This document shows positions 50,601-59,365 of a DNA stretch of 64,000 bases, piece by piece (within the stretch, counting starts at the first letter, position 1; each line of letters begins with the position of its first letter). The DNA is from an uncultured virus (IMG/VR IMGVR_UViG_3300032300_000143) (Duplodnaviria; Heunggongvirae; Uroviricota; Caudoviricetes), in the IMG/VR virus record IMGVR_UViG_3300032300_000143; one strand, written 5' to 3'. Position numbers and translations under genes: made by a program. The notes under the pieces were generated by a model that was not told the origin of the DNA, ran no database searches, and saw nothing but the letters and a program-made list of their open reading frames with translations.

Positions 50601-51063
50601 TAGCTAATACCTGTTTCATTTCAATTTCAGATTGAAACGGACCTTGGTACTCGTATCTTTGTAAGGTTATCAATTTAGGACAAAAACTTTTTACCCATCC
50701 TTTATCAAAACGTATCACATAAAAGCCTGCACAGTACAAACTCTTGCTATCACCGCTTTTTGTAAACAATGGCAACTTTCTTTTTATATCATACATTGAA
50801 TTATGCGGCTCGGCACTTGTGGCATAACCGTGAACTTCGTTAGGTAATGCATTGTTGGCTTCTTTGATAATCTTAGCTACAAAGAAATTTTTACCAAATT
50901 GTCTAGTAAGGCTTTCTTTTGTGTCGTAGATTTTTACACCCAATTCATTACTCATGACGAATCTATCATCTTCGTTTTTTCTTAGGGTGGCAAATTTTGT
51001 TCCGTCTTTTTCTACAATCCAGAATTTGTTTTCTATAATTGGTTTAGCGTGTAAGTCTGTCAT
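50587..51063 (-). CDS. Hypothetical protein
   Basis: Start reassigned to MTDLHAK (GGGAG RBS). Confidence 0.7.
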   Translation of the reverse strand: MTDLHAKPIIENKFWIVEKDGTKFATLRKNEDDRFVMSNELGVKIYDTKESLTRQFGKNFFVAKIIKEANNALPNEVHGYATSAEPHNSMYDIKRKLPLFTKSGDSKSLYCAGFYVIRFDKGWVKSFCPKLITLQRYEYQGPFQSEIEMKQVLANVSK

Positions 51064-51106
51064 AGTGTTCTCCCAGCAGTCATTGGTTTTTGATTGACAA
51101 GTATCT

Positions 51107-52114
51107 TCATACTGACAAAGTTTTAATTTCATTTAAATATCTTGCATTTAGTGGCTCGGCATAGGCCTGTGCCTGATCGGCAATCTTTTTAAGATCATAA
51201 AGATTGCAAAATTTCATTAATCTGATACCAACCTGACTAATATTTTTATTAGCAGTTGTTGCTATTGAAATAGTTTCTGTAATGATATTTTTAATTTCAT
51301 CAGGTTGGGCAGAGAGATCGATTAAAATACGATTGCGTTCATAATCATCTAGCACACGATGTTCTTTACCTTCGTGGTCGGTCCAACGCTGCAACATGAG
51401 ATTGTTCCACGAGTAGCCTTTTGAGTCTCGGTCACCGTAGGCCTCACGGAGACCAACCTTATTCTTTGTGCCTTTTTCCCGTACTCCCGGATATGCAGAG
51501 AATACATTGTCTGAGGTATCGCCTCGCATACACTTCTCAAACAGTAACCACTGGGGGTCCGGAATGGCTTTTGGTTCTTGAGTTTTTTTATCAATAACTC
51601 TCTTACCTTTTGCATCAAAAATACCTTCGTGTGTAATAGTAGTTTCCATAACACCGTTAAATTGACGTACATTAGGTGCAATCAATTGTACAAAGTCTGT
51701 ATCGGTCGAAATAATAACATGGTCGTCGTTTGGATGACTCTGTATCCATCCAGCAATAAGATCATCTGCTTCTAGGCGTGAATGTTGTAGTACTGTGCAG
51801 TTTGTCTTTTCTGTTACAAACTCTTTGAATGTATCAAATGCTTCCCAAAACACTTTCTCTTCTTCTGCTTCACGTTCTGTATGTGCGGCACGACTAGCGG
51901 CTCTTTGTGCCTTGTAAGGCTTATAATGATCTTTACGCCAGCTACGTCCCTCGAGGCAGAACACCACATGACTGCCGCCAAAGTCTTGCCAAGCCTTTTT
52001 AATACTGTTTAGTGTAATATGAAAAGCCATACCTAGTTTGATATCAGCGTCACCGTTGATAACGTGTCTTGCACGAAAAAAAGTGTTTGCAGTATCAACT
52101 AAAATATATGTCAT
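51107..52114 (-). CDS. rnh: 5'-3' exonuclease / T4 RNase H-like flap nuclease
   Basis: ILVDTAN, SWRK..Y..YKAQR, EADDLIA, ISTDTDFVQL, GDTSDNV. Confidence 0.92.
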   Translation of the reverse strand: MTYILVDTANTFFRARHVINGDADIKLGMAFHITLNSIKKAWQDFGGSHVVFCLEGRSWRKDHYKPYKAQRAASRAAHTEREAEEEKVFWEAFDTFKEFVTEKTNCTVLQHSRLEADDLIAGWIQSHPNDDHVIISTDTDFVQLIAPNVRQFNGVMETTITHEGIFDAKGKRVIDKKTQEPKAIPDPQWLLFEKCMRGDTSDNVFSAYPGVREKGTKNKVGLREAYGDRDSKGYSWNNLMLQRWTDHEGKEHRVLDDYERNRILIDLSAQPDEIKNIITETISIATTANKNISQVGIRLMKFCNLYDLKKIADQAQAYAEPLNARYLNEIKTLSV

Positions 52115-52554
52115 AGATTCTTTTTTCTAACTTGATTAATGTCAATAACACCAGTGTTTACAGCGCCGCCAAAATCACCGTCAACTACTACATTAGCACA
52201 CAGTTCACGGAACCAGCGGTCTACGATTTCTTCGTCTTTGTCACCGTCAAAACCATATCCCTCTTGCTTTAATTTTAACACAAAATGTTCGTTCCAGTCA
52301 AGCTCAAAAAAGCCATTACGTATGTTATCTTTGTTAATATGTGTATTAAGAACACCTACCCAAGGTTCTTTTAATTTGGTTGCACGAGCTTTTGGTGATA
52401 GTTTAGCAGTTTCTTCTGCTTCTATAGCACGTTCTGCAGACGCAACTGCGTCTTTGGCAATTTTTGTTGATTCTTCTGCTAGTTTTACTGCGGCCTCAGT
52501 TTCTGCTTTAAGTTTATCAATGCCAAATAATTTTTCTATAAATCGTCTCATCAT
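52111..52554 (-). CDS. Hypothetical protein
   Basis: ATGA overlap with the queE stop; GFFELDWN motif. Confidence 0.7.
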   Translation of the reverse strand: MMRRFIEKLFGIDKLKAETEAAVKLAEESTKIAKDAVASAERAIEAEETAKLSPKARATKLKEPWVGVLNTHINKDNIRNGFFELDWNEHFVLKLKQEGYGFDGDKDEEIVDRWFRELCANVVVDGDFGGAVNTGVIDINQVRKKNL

Positions 52555-53417
52555 GTACCCCATTCATTTTTAAACAATGGCACTTGCAATCTATCACTAT
52601 ACCGCCATCCACGCTTCATGGCCGCTAGTGCTACGTTCTTTGCATTAAGTGTATAAACACTTTCTACACCACCAACTGGCATCAAGTAAACGTGACCTTT
52701 AAATCCTGCACTACGAAACGCACCTACAGCACATTCGGCATCTACAATGTCTTGTTCTGTAGCAATAACAAATTTTAAATAAGCTGTGCCATACTCTTCA
52801 TACTCACATACAATCTCGGGACAAATTGCTTCCTCCCACTTTTCTCCGCTACACGGCAATTTAGCACTTACTGAAAATGTAATCTCACGCCAAACGTCTT
52901 GATCATGATGACTTTTCCAAGTATGCAAATAAGAGGCAAATTCTGGAGTCAGTTTTTGAGTACCGTTTGTTTCAAAAGTGATTTCTCTAAGCCTGTGCAT
53001 ACTATCATGCTCTAGTAAATCAGGATAAGCACGTTGCCAACCTAGCAAAGGCTCACCGCCTGTAATAACTAGATGCTCATCTTCCCAACGCTTGTGCGGA
53101 AGTATTTCCATAATACGATTTACAATAGCGTTACTTTCTAACATTGGACTTAAATCTTTAAACTCAGGCATCCAACTTGCGTAACTGTCGCACCCTGTAC
53201 TTACTAGAGGTAAGTCTTCATATTTTGTAAACGGTGTAACCAATGAATGCGTGGCTGCAATACCAGCAGCCTCCATACTCAATTCACCACGAGGCATGCC
53301 AAAGCCAGCACATTTAAAGTTGCAACCAAATGTGCGTAGAAACACAGAAGGAACACCCATATAGCGTCCTTCACCTTGTATGCTGTAGAACAGCTCTGCA
53401 ATTTTAATCTTGCTCAT
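52551..53417 (-). CDS. queE: 7-carboxy-7-deazaguanine synthase (radical SAM)
   Basis: ELFYSIQGEG, FLRTFGCNFKC...GCDS, VITGGEP, ETNGT, YSDRLQV. Confidence 0.9.
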   Translation of the reverse strand: MSKIKIAELFYSIQGEGRYMGVPSVFLRTFGCNFKCAGFGMPRGELSMEAAGIAATHSLVTPFTKYEDLPLVSTGCDSYASWMPEFKDLSPMLESNAIVNRIMEILPHKRWEDEHLVITGGEPLLGWQRAYPDLLEHDSMHRLREITFETNGTQKLTPEFASYLHTWKSHHDQDVWREITFSVSAKLPCSGEKWEEAICPEIVCEYEEYGTAYLKFVIATEQDIVDAECAVGAFRSAGFKGHVYLMPVGGVESVYTLNAKNVALAAMKRGWRYSDRLQVPLFKNEWGT

Positions 53418-53701
53418 AATTTAATTTCACTTTCAAATATATTTGACCATTTTTTTAATTTAGCAATTTTGTTACCTGCTGCAATGATCAATTCTTCTTT
53501 GTCTACTAGATTGTGATCAATACAAAGGTTAATCATGGCCTGTAAATCTCCTAGCTCTTCTGCTAGATGTTGTCTGTTAGTAAGTGGCTTACCGGGTTTG
53601 ACATTATCTAATCCAAATCTACTTATCTTGCTAATAGCAACAATTACTTCTGCACATTCTTCTTGAGTAATGTCTAGAATTTCTTTTTCTTTATTATTCA
53701 T
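53414..53701 (-). CDS. MazG-like nucleotide pyrophosphohydrolase
   Basis: QEECAEVI..ISK..RFG..LAEELGDL; start reassigned to ATG 53701. Confidence 0.8.
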   Translation of the reverse strand: MNNKEKEILDITQEECAEVIVAISKISRFGLDNVKPGKPLTNRQHLAEELGDLQAMINLCIDHNLVDKEELIIAAGNKIAKLKKWSNIFESEIKL

Positions 53702-53707
53702 ATTACT

Positions 53708-53736
53708 ATTATACACTCTTTTTTGTTAAAGACCAA
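53708..53736 (-). promoter_or_regulatory. Sigma70-type promoter, probably leaderless, for mazG-queE-rnh
   Basis: TTGGTC-17 nt-TATAAT; ATG 6 nt downstream. Confidence 0.55.
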
Positions 53737-53873
53737 GAACCATCTTGGTTATCTTTCCAAACTAACTCATCACCTTCTTTCCAGCCTGTTTCTTTGAGCA
53801 TATCTTCGGGAAAGGGCAATATCAAGTCACCTGTTTCGGGGTCGTCTTGTAGTTCAACTGTCCAATTTTTCAA
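53709..53873 (-). CDS. AbrB/MazE-like small DNA-binding protein
   Basis: TTG start with AGGAG RBS; GDLILPFPEDMLKETGWKEGDELVW. Confidence 0.7.
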   Translation of the reverse strand: MKNWTVELQDDPETGDLILPFPEDMLKETGWKEGDELVWKDNQDGSWSLTKKSV

Positions 53874-54366
53874 TGTTAACTCCTGATTTTTTAAGAAACT
53901 CGATTCCCGAATCATCTCTATAGTTTTCACCATAGTAGACACCATTTATGCCAGACTGATATATAAGTTTAGCACATTCAATACAAGGGGCATGAGTAAT
54001 AAAAATATCAGCCCCAAGTCCACTGTCATTAGACTTTGCCAGTTTTGCAATAGCATTTGATTCAGCATGAAGTACTTCTGGTTTGGTTTTTAACCCGTAT
54101 CTGTATTCTTCTTCTGCATCTTCGTTATATTCAGTATAGGGATATAGTGCATCAAATTCTTCCGGACTGATCCATCCACCTGCTCCTGTATCGTAGACTC
54201 GGTCTTCACAGTCGTTATCCCAACCTGCCGGCATACCATTATAGCCAATAGAGATAATTCTATCATCTTTGACTACGATAGCACCAACGTGAAGTCTTTT
54301 AGCATGACTAAGTTCTGCGAACACCTTTGCGGTTTTCATATAGGTTTGTTTGAACTTTTCCTTCAT
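53854..54366 (-). CDS. dCMP deaminase
   Basis: VGAIVV..IISIGYNG, HAESNAI, PCIECAK. Confidence 0.92.
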   Translation of the reverse strand: MKEKFKQTYMKTAKVFAELSHAKRLHVGAIVVKDDRIISIGYNGMPAGWDNDCEDRVYDTGAGGWISPEEFDALYPYTEYNEDAEEEYRYGLKTKPEVLHAESNAIAKLAKSNDSGLGADIFITHAPCIECAKLIYQSGINGVYYGENYRDDSGIEFLKKSGVNIEKLDS

Positions 54367-54547
54367 TTTCTTTCTTCCATTCTTGTTGCTTGAGTTCTCG
54401 ACATTGTTTCCTTACTTCCATGGGAATGTCAGGATGCCATTCAGCCATACCGCAGTCGTATACTTTATATTCGGGCATCGGTGTTAGACTGAGTATCAAT
54501 ATCCACAACAGAAATCCTACCGCAAATCCCACTAGGTATTTTATCAT
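54308..54547 (-). CDS. Small membrane-anchored protein
   Basis: N-terminal hydrophobic helix; YDC..AEWHPD.P..V...CR. Confidence 0.6.
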   Translation of the reverse strand: MIKYLVGFAVGFLLWILILSLTPMPEYKVYDCGMAEWHPDIPMEVRKQCRELKQQEWKKENEGKVQTNLYENRKGVRRT

Positions 54548-54738
54548 AGTCTATCACTTAGTAATAGATTACACATTAATGCATCTTGTTCTGTTTTAAA
54601 AAAGAATTTCATATAGTCTGCAGAAACTTCAGTAGTATATCGATTACCCGGTAATCCAAAATGTTCGATAACCATGGCACAACTTTCGTTCCACCATTTA
54701 TTTTCTTGTGAGTTCCATGTTAAATTAATCACGTGCAT
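54544..54738 (-). CDS. Hypothetical protein
   Basis: WNESCAMVIEHFGLPG.RY; packed ORF, start uncertain. Confidence 0.6.
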   Translation of the reverse strand: MHVINLTWNSQENKWWNESCAMVIEHFGLPGNRYTTEVSADYMKFFFKTEQDALMCNLLLSDRL

Positions 54739-54916
54739 TTGATAAATCTCTATCAAATCTATGTATAAAACTTTCTTCTAGACACGAATACTCATGATTA
54801 TCACTAACACGCATATAATGCACCCAAGTTTTATTTTCTATATCAACTACATTAATGACTCGAAAAGTTTCAAAGTCGCTGCCACGCCATTTTTCACCCA
54901 TATTAACTTTTTGCAT
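54725..54916 (-). CDS. Hypothetical protein
   Basis: Packed ORF; start at MQKV inferred. Confidence 0.55.
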   Translation of the reverse strand: MQKVNMGEKWRGSDFETFRVINVVDIENKTWVHYMRVSDNHEYSCLEESFIHRFDRDLSNARD

Positions 54917-55370
54917 TTTTAGCCCTTTCAGATAGATATGTTTCATTATGAATCCACCTGTTATTTACTAAAAATCCCCATTCACGTTTCTGAGGACCGG
55001 GCATAAACAATGTCCATGCAGTTACGCTAGGATCAAGCTCAATACGATGATAAGAGTAAGCCCTACATATACGAAAATGGCCGGGTCCTCGCCATTTACA
55101 TATCTCACCAAATTTACGACCCTTTTCGTCAAATTGAGGAATCCATTCATAATAACCGCCTTTGAGTATTAGTGTTGCATATGGCCAAGGATGATCATGA
55201 ACATCGTCTGGATCTGATTTAAGAAACTTGTGAATAAACACATTAAACGGAAAACAATCTCTATCTTTTAGAAAGACATAATATCTTTCAAGATATGGTT
55301 GATCGTTTACACGATCCATTATGATTCTTTTACGTTCTATTCGTTCTAAAAAATCTAGGAACCATTTCAT
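54903..55370 (-). CDS. Cupin-fold protein
   Basis: HDHPW..LILKGGYYE..YHRIEL..WTLF..GP..REWGF. Confidence 0.75.
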   Translation of the reverse strand: MKWFLDFLERIERKRIIMDRVNDQPYLERYYVFLKDRDCFPFNVFIHKFLKSDPDDVHDHPWPYATLILKGGYYEWIPQFDEKGRKFGEICKWRGPGHFRICRAYSYHRIELDPSVTAWTLFMPGPQKREWGFLVNNRWIHNETYLSERAKNAKS

Positions 55371-55582
55371 TTGCAGGTCTCCAGAAACTCATTCAGTCTA
55401 TGCACAGCCTCGTTGAAATCTATGGCCCAGACCTTGGCTTCGAGTATTCCTTCGGCAATATGTATATCAAAAGGAACTACGCCATTCAATCTAAAGTTTT
55501 CAGGAACTTCGGTAGTGACAACGAACTCAGTCAAGTTCTTTGCTCTAAAGATTAGATTATTAGCCATATCAACTGAATTCAT
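55367..55582 (-). CDS. Hypothetical protein
   Basis: Coupled ORF with AAGGA RBS. Confidence 0.65.
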   Translation of the reverse strand: MNSVDMANNLIFRAKNLTEFVVTTEVPENFRLNGVVPFDIHIAEGILEAKVWAIDFNEAVHRLNEFLETCK

Positions 55583-55583
55583 A

Positions 55584-55697
55584 TTACATTTCCTTAATAT
55601 AATATTTTGAGGCAGGATAGCGTTCTTGTAACCATTCTAACAAGCCCTCTTCAACTGGCAAGCGAACGCTATCAAACTTGTTAGTAATGTATCTCAT
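55584..55697 (-). CDS. 37-aa small ORF (MRYITNKFDSVRLPVEEGLLEWLQERYPASKYYIKEM)
   Basis: Below the track cutoff; ATGA overlap with the folE stop; exactly fills the gap to the next gene. Confidence 0.6.
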   Translation of the reverse strand: MRYITNKFDSVRLPVEEGLLEWLQERYPASKYYIKEM

Positions 55698-56443
55698 CGT
55701 GGTGCAAACTCTTGTTGCAGTTTGATGTTATCAAAGAATTCTTTCTTTGTATGTGGATCGGTATTAAATGCGCCCTTAAGTACTGTAGTCTGTGTTAGAC
55801 TAGAGTGTGCCATAATGCCACGATTCTCACAGCAGCCGTGTACTGCTTGTACATAGACTGCTACGTTTTCTGATTCAGTTGCTTTTGCAATTTCGCGGGC
55901 AATGTCATTACAGAGTTCTTCTTGTAACGTACCACGACGAGCACACCACTGAGCAATACGAGTGTACTTGCTAAGGCCAATGAGCTTTTGAGCGGCAATA
56001 ATCCCGATATAAGCAACGCCACTGACAGGTTGGTGATGATGACTGCATATACTGCGAAGCTCACTACGTACCACAAGCATTCCTTCGTATCGGTCGTCGC
56101 TGTCGTTTGGAAATGCTGTTGCGTTTGGTGCTGGTTCATATCTTCCTGCCATTACTTCATTAAAATACATTTTAGCAAGCCTACGGGCTGTGCCTTTACT
56201 ATTTGGGTCGTTTTCACGATCAATAAGCAAGCTATCTAACACTTGCTCAAATGCAGGAGTTGCTTCATCAATTAGTCGTTCTATGTCGCCTTCGTGTAGA
56301 TAATCGCTGATGTTATCACCTGCCCAGAAACGTTTGCCTTCACGTTTCATTTTAAAGCGAATGTGATCACCGAGGTATGCTTCTTGATAGCCGCCATCGC
56401 CTGCCATTACGTCTAGGCCTGTTTCTTGTTTTCTTAATTTCAA
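55694..56443 (-). CDS. folE: GTP cyclohydrolase I
   Basis: TARRLAKMY, SICSHHHQP, GLSKYTR, LQEEL, HGCCENRG; TTG start with GGAG RBS. Confidence 0.95.
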   Translation of the reverse strand: MKLRKQETGLDVMAGDGGYQEAYLGDHIRFKMKREGKRFWAGDNISDYLHEGDIERLIDEATPAFEQVLDSLLIDRENDPNSKGTARRLAKMYFNEVMAGRYEPAPNATAFPNDSDDRYEGMLVVRSELRSICSHHHQPVSGVAYIGIIAAQKLIGLSKYTRIAQWCARRGTLQEELCNDIAREIAKATESENVAVYVQAVHGCCENRGIMAHSSLTQTTVLKGAFNTDPHTKKEFFDNIKLQQEFAPR

Positions 56444-56450
56444 TTAATTT

Positions 56451-56476
56451 CTCCGAGTTAATGTCGTGGATGACAT
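56451..56476 (-). promoter_or_regulatory. Candidate pseudoknot riboswitch/translational operator in the folE 5' UTR
   Basis: AUGUC-AUCCAC-GACAU-UAACUC-GGAG: the loop UCC can pair with GGA of the RBS. Confidence 0.4.
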
Positions 56477-56482
56477 AAGTTA

Positions 56483-57580
56483 TTATTTTAACATCTCTAA
56501 TAGTTTATTGCAACTAAAGAACTGTTCTGTTAATGTATCTACTTGTTTATTTAGGCTAGGTAAGAATTTTTCGTAATTATTCATATATTGAATAATTTTA
56601 GCACAAACTTCTGGTCTATGTGCTTCATAAGAAGCATAGCTTTCAGTCCATTCACTAGGATACTTAAAAGTATCAAACGCCATCTCACTATAACTTAGTC
56701 TATCGGGCACCATTGGTATAGCATCTACCACAGCACCTTCATACCAACTGATACCAAGAGTTTCTTGTAAGTTAGCACTGAATACTAATTTGGCTTCGCC
56801 TAACAAATTATGATATTCATTCTTTGTTAGTTGTTGATCTTGACAAACAACAAATTCGTATTGTGGAAGATGTTCTTTTAAGTCACGGAAAATTTCAACT
56901 TGTTTTTCTGGAGCGATACGATGCGGGAATAAGATAAGATCACGCTTGGGCATACCTTTGTACATTGCTAAGGTATCCTGCATATACTCCATAGGCCATC
57001 CGGTGCGTACAATCCTTGGCTCTTCACCTTTTAGTATTTCGTCAAGATGTTCACTAAACCAAGGATTTTCTGTAGGATAATCATTTAACAGATTAGCATA
57101 AAACATTGTAATATGAAAATCTGTAGCAAAGTAGTTGTGATCAAATGCGTGAAAGAAACTCTTTTCAGCGTTTCTAACCCAAGGCTTGTTGCCAACTAAG
57201 CGACCCAAAAAGTCTTGTGGATCATAACTACCGGCATGCCATAAGCCGTGAGTTACTACTGGAATGCCCAGCAACTCACTCATGTACTTTAAGTTTATAA
57301 TGCCCGGATGCCAAGCGTCAGTAAAAATAAAGTGGTCGCCGGGATGAACGGCTCCGTTACAAAATAAGCGACCCATCTGTTCAATCTGACTAGCCTTGTA
57401 TATATTAGTGCCACCAAAGTTAAGAAATGCTCCTGGAGTGGTAGCACTAGGTATGTCCATAGGACCAGAGATAACTTGAACATTGTGTCCTGCTTTTCGT
57501 AAAAGTGCAGGTACATGGGCCTTCCATTGACCTGTGTACCTAGTTTCAACTGATTCTAAATCAACGAGAAAAATTGTCAT
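56483..57580 (-). CDS. GT-B fold glycosyltransferase (GT4-like)
   Basis: Start reassigned to MTIFLVDLE; FPHRIAPEKQ and NLQETLGISWYEG (ExxGxxxxE), PDRLSYSEM. Confidence 0.8.
   Translation of the reverse strand: MTIFLVDLESVETRYTGQWKAHVPALLRKAGHNVQVISGPMDIPSATTPGAFLNFGGTNIYKASQIEQMGRLFCNGAVHPGDHFIFTDAWHPGIINLKYMSELLGIPVVTHGLWHAGSYDPQDFLGRLVGNKPWVRNAEKSFFHAFDHNYFATDFHITMFYANLLNDYPTENPWFSEHLDEILKGEEPRIVRTGWPMEYMQDTLAMYKGMPKRDLILFPHRIAPEKQVEIFRDLKEHLPQYEFVVCQDQQLTKNEYHNLLGEAKLVFSANLQETLGISWYEGAVVDAIPMVPDRLSYSEMAFDTFKYPSEWTESYASYEAHRPEVCAKIIQYMNNYEKFLPSLNKQVDTLTEQFFSCNKLLEMLK
56485..56513 (-). promoter_or_regulatory. Sigma70-type promoter for folE
   Basis: TTGCAA-17 nt-TAAAAT with an extended -10 TGn. 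Confidence 0.65.
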
Positions 57581-57815
57581 TGCGCTGACGATAGTTGTTG
57601 TTACCACTGCGATTATACTCACCTCGCGGCTTACGTGGGCGTGTGCTGTGATAATAGTTGTTCCAAATTTGACTATCTCTATTGTAGAGATTAGCCTCAT
57701 TAAAATCACACAGTTCAAAGCGACAGAAGTCTTTAAACTTTTCTAGATCATCAAAAATCTTAACGATGTCTGGACGATTTTCGAAATAGTTAATGTCGCG
57801 ATAATTCTTAGCCAT
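57561..57815 (-). CDS. Hypothetical protein
   Basis: IFDDLEKFKDFCRFE; basic tail; AGGA RBS. Confidence 0.65.
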   Translation of the reverse strand: MAKNYRDINYFENRPDIVKIFDDLEKFKDFCRFELCDFNEANLYNRDSQIWNNYYHSTRPRKPRGEYNRSGNNNYRQRNDNFSR

Positions 57816-57829
57816 TTTAGTTTTTCCTA

Positions 57830-58219
57830 TTAATACTTAATAAATGAACCATTTTCTCCGTCTTCGGAGACTTCAATCCAAATCTCACGATTGGGATACT
57901 TTTTGCTAATGACGTCATACAAATCTCCTGACATCATCTCACAACTCTTAAAGTCTAAACTTAGTGTAGCATCTTTATAAAGATTTAGCAACCATCGTTT
58001 AAACTGAATAAACTCAATATCGCGATCGTCGTGTGTAACACCAATCCAAACTTTAAAGTGAAAGATATGACGATGCGGATAACCTAAAAAACTCACATCA
58101 TATTCATCACCTGTAGCAAGTGCTTTATCTGTGAGAGCGGCTGGATACTTGTGCATACCTTCTTTCTGGAAGGTAACCCAGATCATCTTGTTAGGGCGAT
58201 GGTCTTGACGGATAATCAT
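57830..58219 (-). CDS. queD: QueD-like 6-carboxytetrahydropterin synthase (T-fold)
   Basis: H..P, HRHIFHFKV, DRDIEF, SCEM, IEVSEDGENG; context with folE/queE. Confidence 0.65.
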   Translation of the reverse strand: MIIRQDHRPNKMIWVTFQKEGMHKYPAALTDKALATGDEYDVSFLGYPHRHIFHFKVWIGVTHDDRDIEFIQFKRWLLNLYKDATLSLDFKSCEMMSGDLYDVISKKYPNREIWIEVSEDGENGSFIKY

Positions 58220-58443
58220 ACTGATAACAATCCTTTAGCAAATGTTTGAATTTCTTCCCTAGTCATATGGAAATTATAGGTACTGACAGAATCTACATCA
58301 CCTTTATCGTTAAGGCATTCTTGAATAACATCAACAGCCATTAATCCTTTAGGACTTACAGCTTCCCAAGATTCTACACGCACTCTAAATGCAGCATCTT
58401 CTTTAACTGTAAACTTTTTTACTTTTAAACTTTCTTGTTTCAT
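58216..58443 (-). CDS. Hypothetical protein
   Basis: ATGA-coupled ORF. Confidence 0.65.
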   Translation of the reverse strand: MKQESLKVKKFTVKEDAAFRVRVESWEAVSPKGLMAVDVIQECLNDKGDVDSVSTYNFHMTREEIQTFAKGLLSV

Positions 58444-58841
58444 CTCAAACTCTCCATAGTGATAATTTTTGCTAACTCTTCTCCAAGTTCTTTGTTGTCA
58501 GTAACCACATGTAGACTGTGTTTATGTTCGTCCTTTTGACGATCGTACTTGGTAGTTTCAATGATAGTTCCACCACTAGCACTATATATGTTTAGTCTAA
58601 ATCCCTGTGATTGAATCTCCGGACCTTCGCTGTCAGATGTAGAGGCATACAGGCTATCGTCATTAGTCTCGTCATCATTCATTAGCCAGTTGCGAATTCG
58701 TTGTTTAAGTGTTAATTTCATAATTTTATTTTCTATACATGGTTTCGAGGTCCGACGCAATAACGTAGATTTTCTACTCATTGATCGTTGTAATCGATTA
58801 ACGGACCTTGCCGTCGATGCTACTGCGTATCCACCACTCAT
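58440..58841 (-). CDS. Hypothetical protein
   Basis: ATGA-coupled ORF; ASGGTIIET motif; start uncertain. Confidence 0.65.
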   Translation of the reverse strand: MSGGYAVASTARSVNRLQRSMSRKSTLLRRTSKPCIENKIMKLTLKQRIRNWLMNDDETNDDSLYASTSDSEGPEIQSQGFRLNIYSASGGTIIETTKYDRQKDEHKHSLHVVTDNKELGEELAKIITMESLR

Positions 58842-59365
58842 TTGATAATCTCATCTTTGCCATATTGATCCCAACTAGTAAACTTATTTCTATCTAGTAG
58901 GTCGTGGAGGTTATGACACCACACTCCTGGATTAGTTGCTTTGAAATCTTTATCGTCAATCTTTATTGTAGCATTATAACCCAGCTGTTGTAAATAGGGC
59001 AGTTTAACCGAAATCTGCGGAATGAACTGTTGCTTTTCCACAAGCCCACTTTCTAATAGACCCTCGATCTCACTGACATCTAGATCCAATGTACACCAGT
59101 AGCCCTGTTCTAAACAGAAATAGATCATGTCTTCCCACATACGCCAATTTTCTGTGTCGTTAACACCATTAGTTTTAAAACTTTGATTAGCGCCAAAGTA
59201 GATATGTGTGCAATCATTGTTCTGGGCCATTGTAGTAATAATCTGATCGTCGTGAACACCGACTACAAATAGAGTTTTCTTTCCGTATGCAGGAGTCTTT
59301 TCGATCTCAATGCCAGTAAAAAATGTAATGTTGGTAGCAACACCGTCTGTATAATCACGCTTCAT
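58838..59365 (-). CDS. Hypothetical protein within the deazaguanine cluster
   Basis: FFTGIEIEKTPAYG..TLFVVG, HIYFGANQSF, KIDD.DF..TNPGVWCH. Confidence 0.7.
   Translation of the reverse strand: MKRDYTDGVATNITFFTGIEIEKTPAYGKKTLFVVGVHDDQIITTMAQNNDCTHIYFGANQSFKTNGVNDTENWRMWEDMIYFCLEQGYWCTLDLDVSEIEGLLESGLVEKQQFIPQISVKLPYLQQLGYNATIKIDDKDFKATNPGVWCHNLHDLLDRNKFTSWDQYGKDEIIK

Noticed and set aside
53414..53873. MazE/MazF-type toxin-antitoxin module
   Set aside because: AbrB-like and MazG-like genes are adjacent, but no toxin gene is recognisable; both are common stand-alone phage genes.
57581..57718. N-terminal extension of the glycosyltransferase given in the ORF track
   Set aside because: It overlaps the 57561-57815 gene; MTIFLVD at 57580 is the plausible start. 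Similar over-extensions were trimmed at 30106, 49121, 51132, 53945 and 61871.
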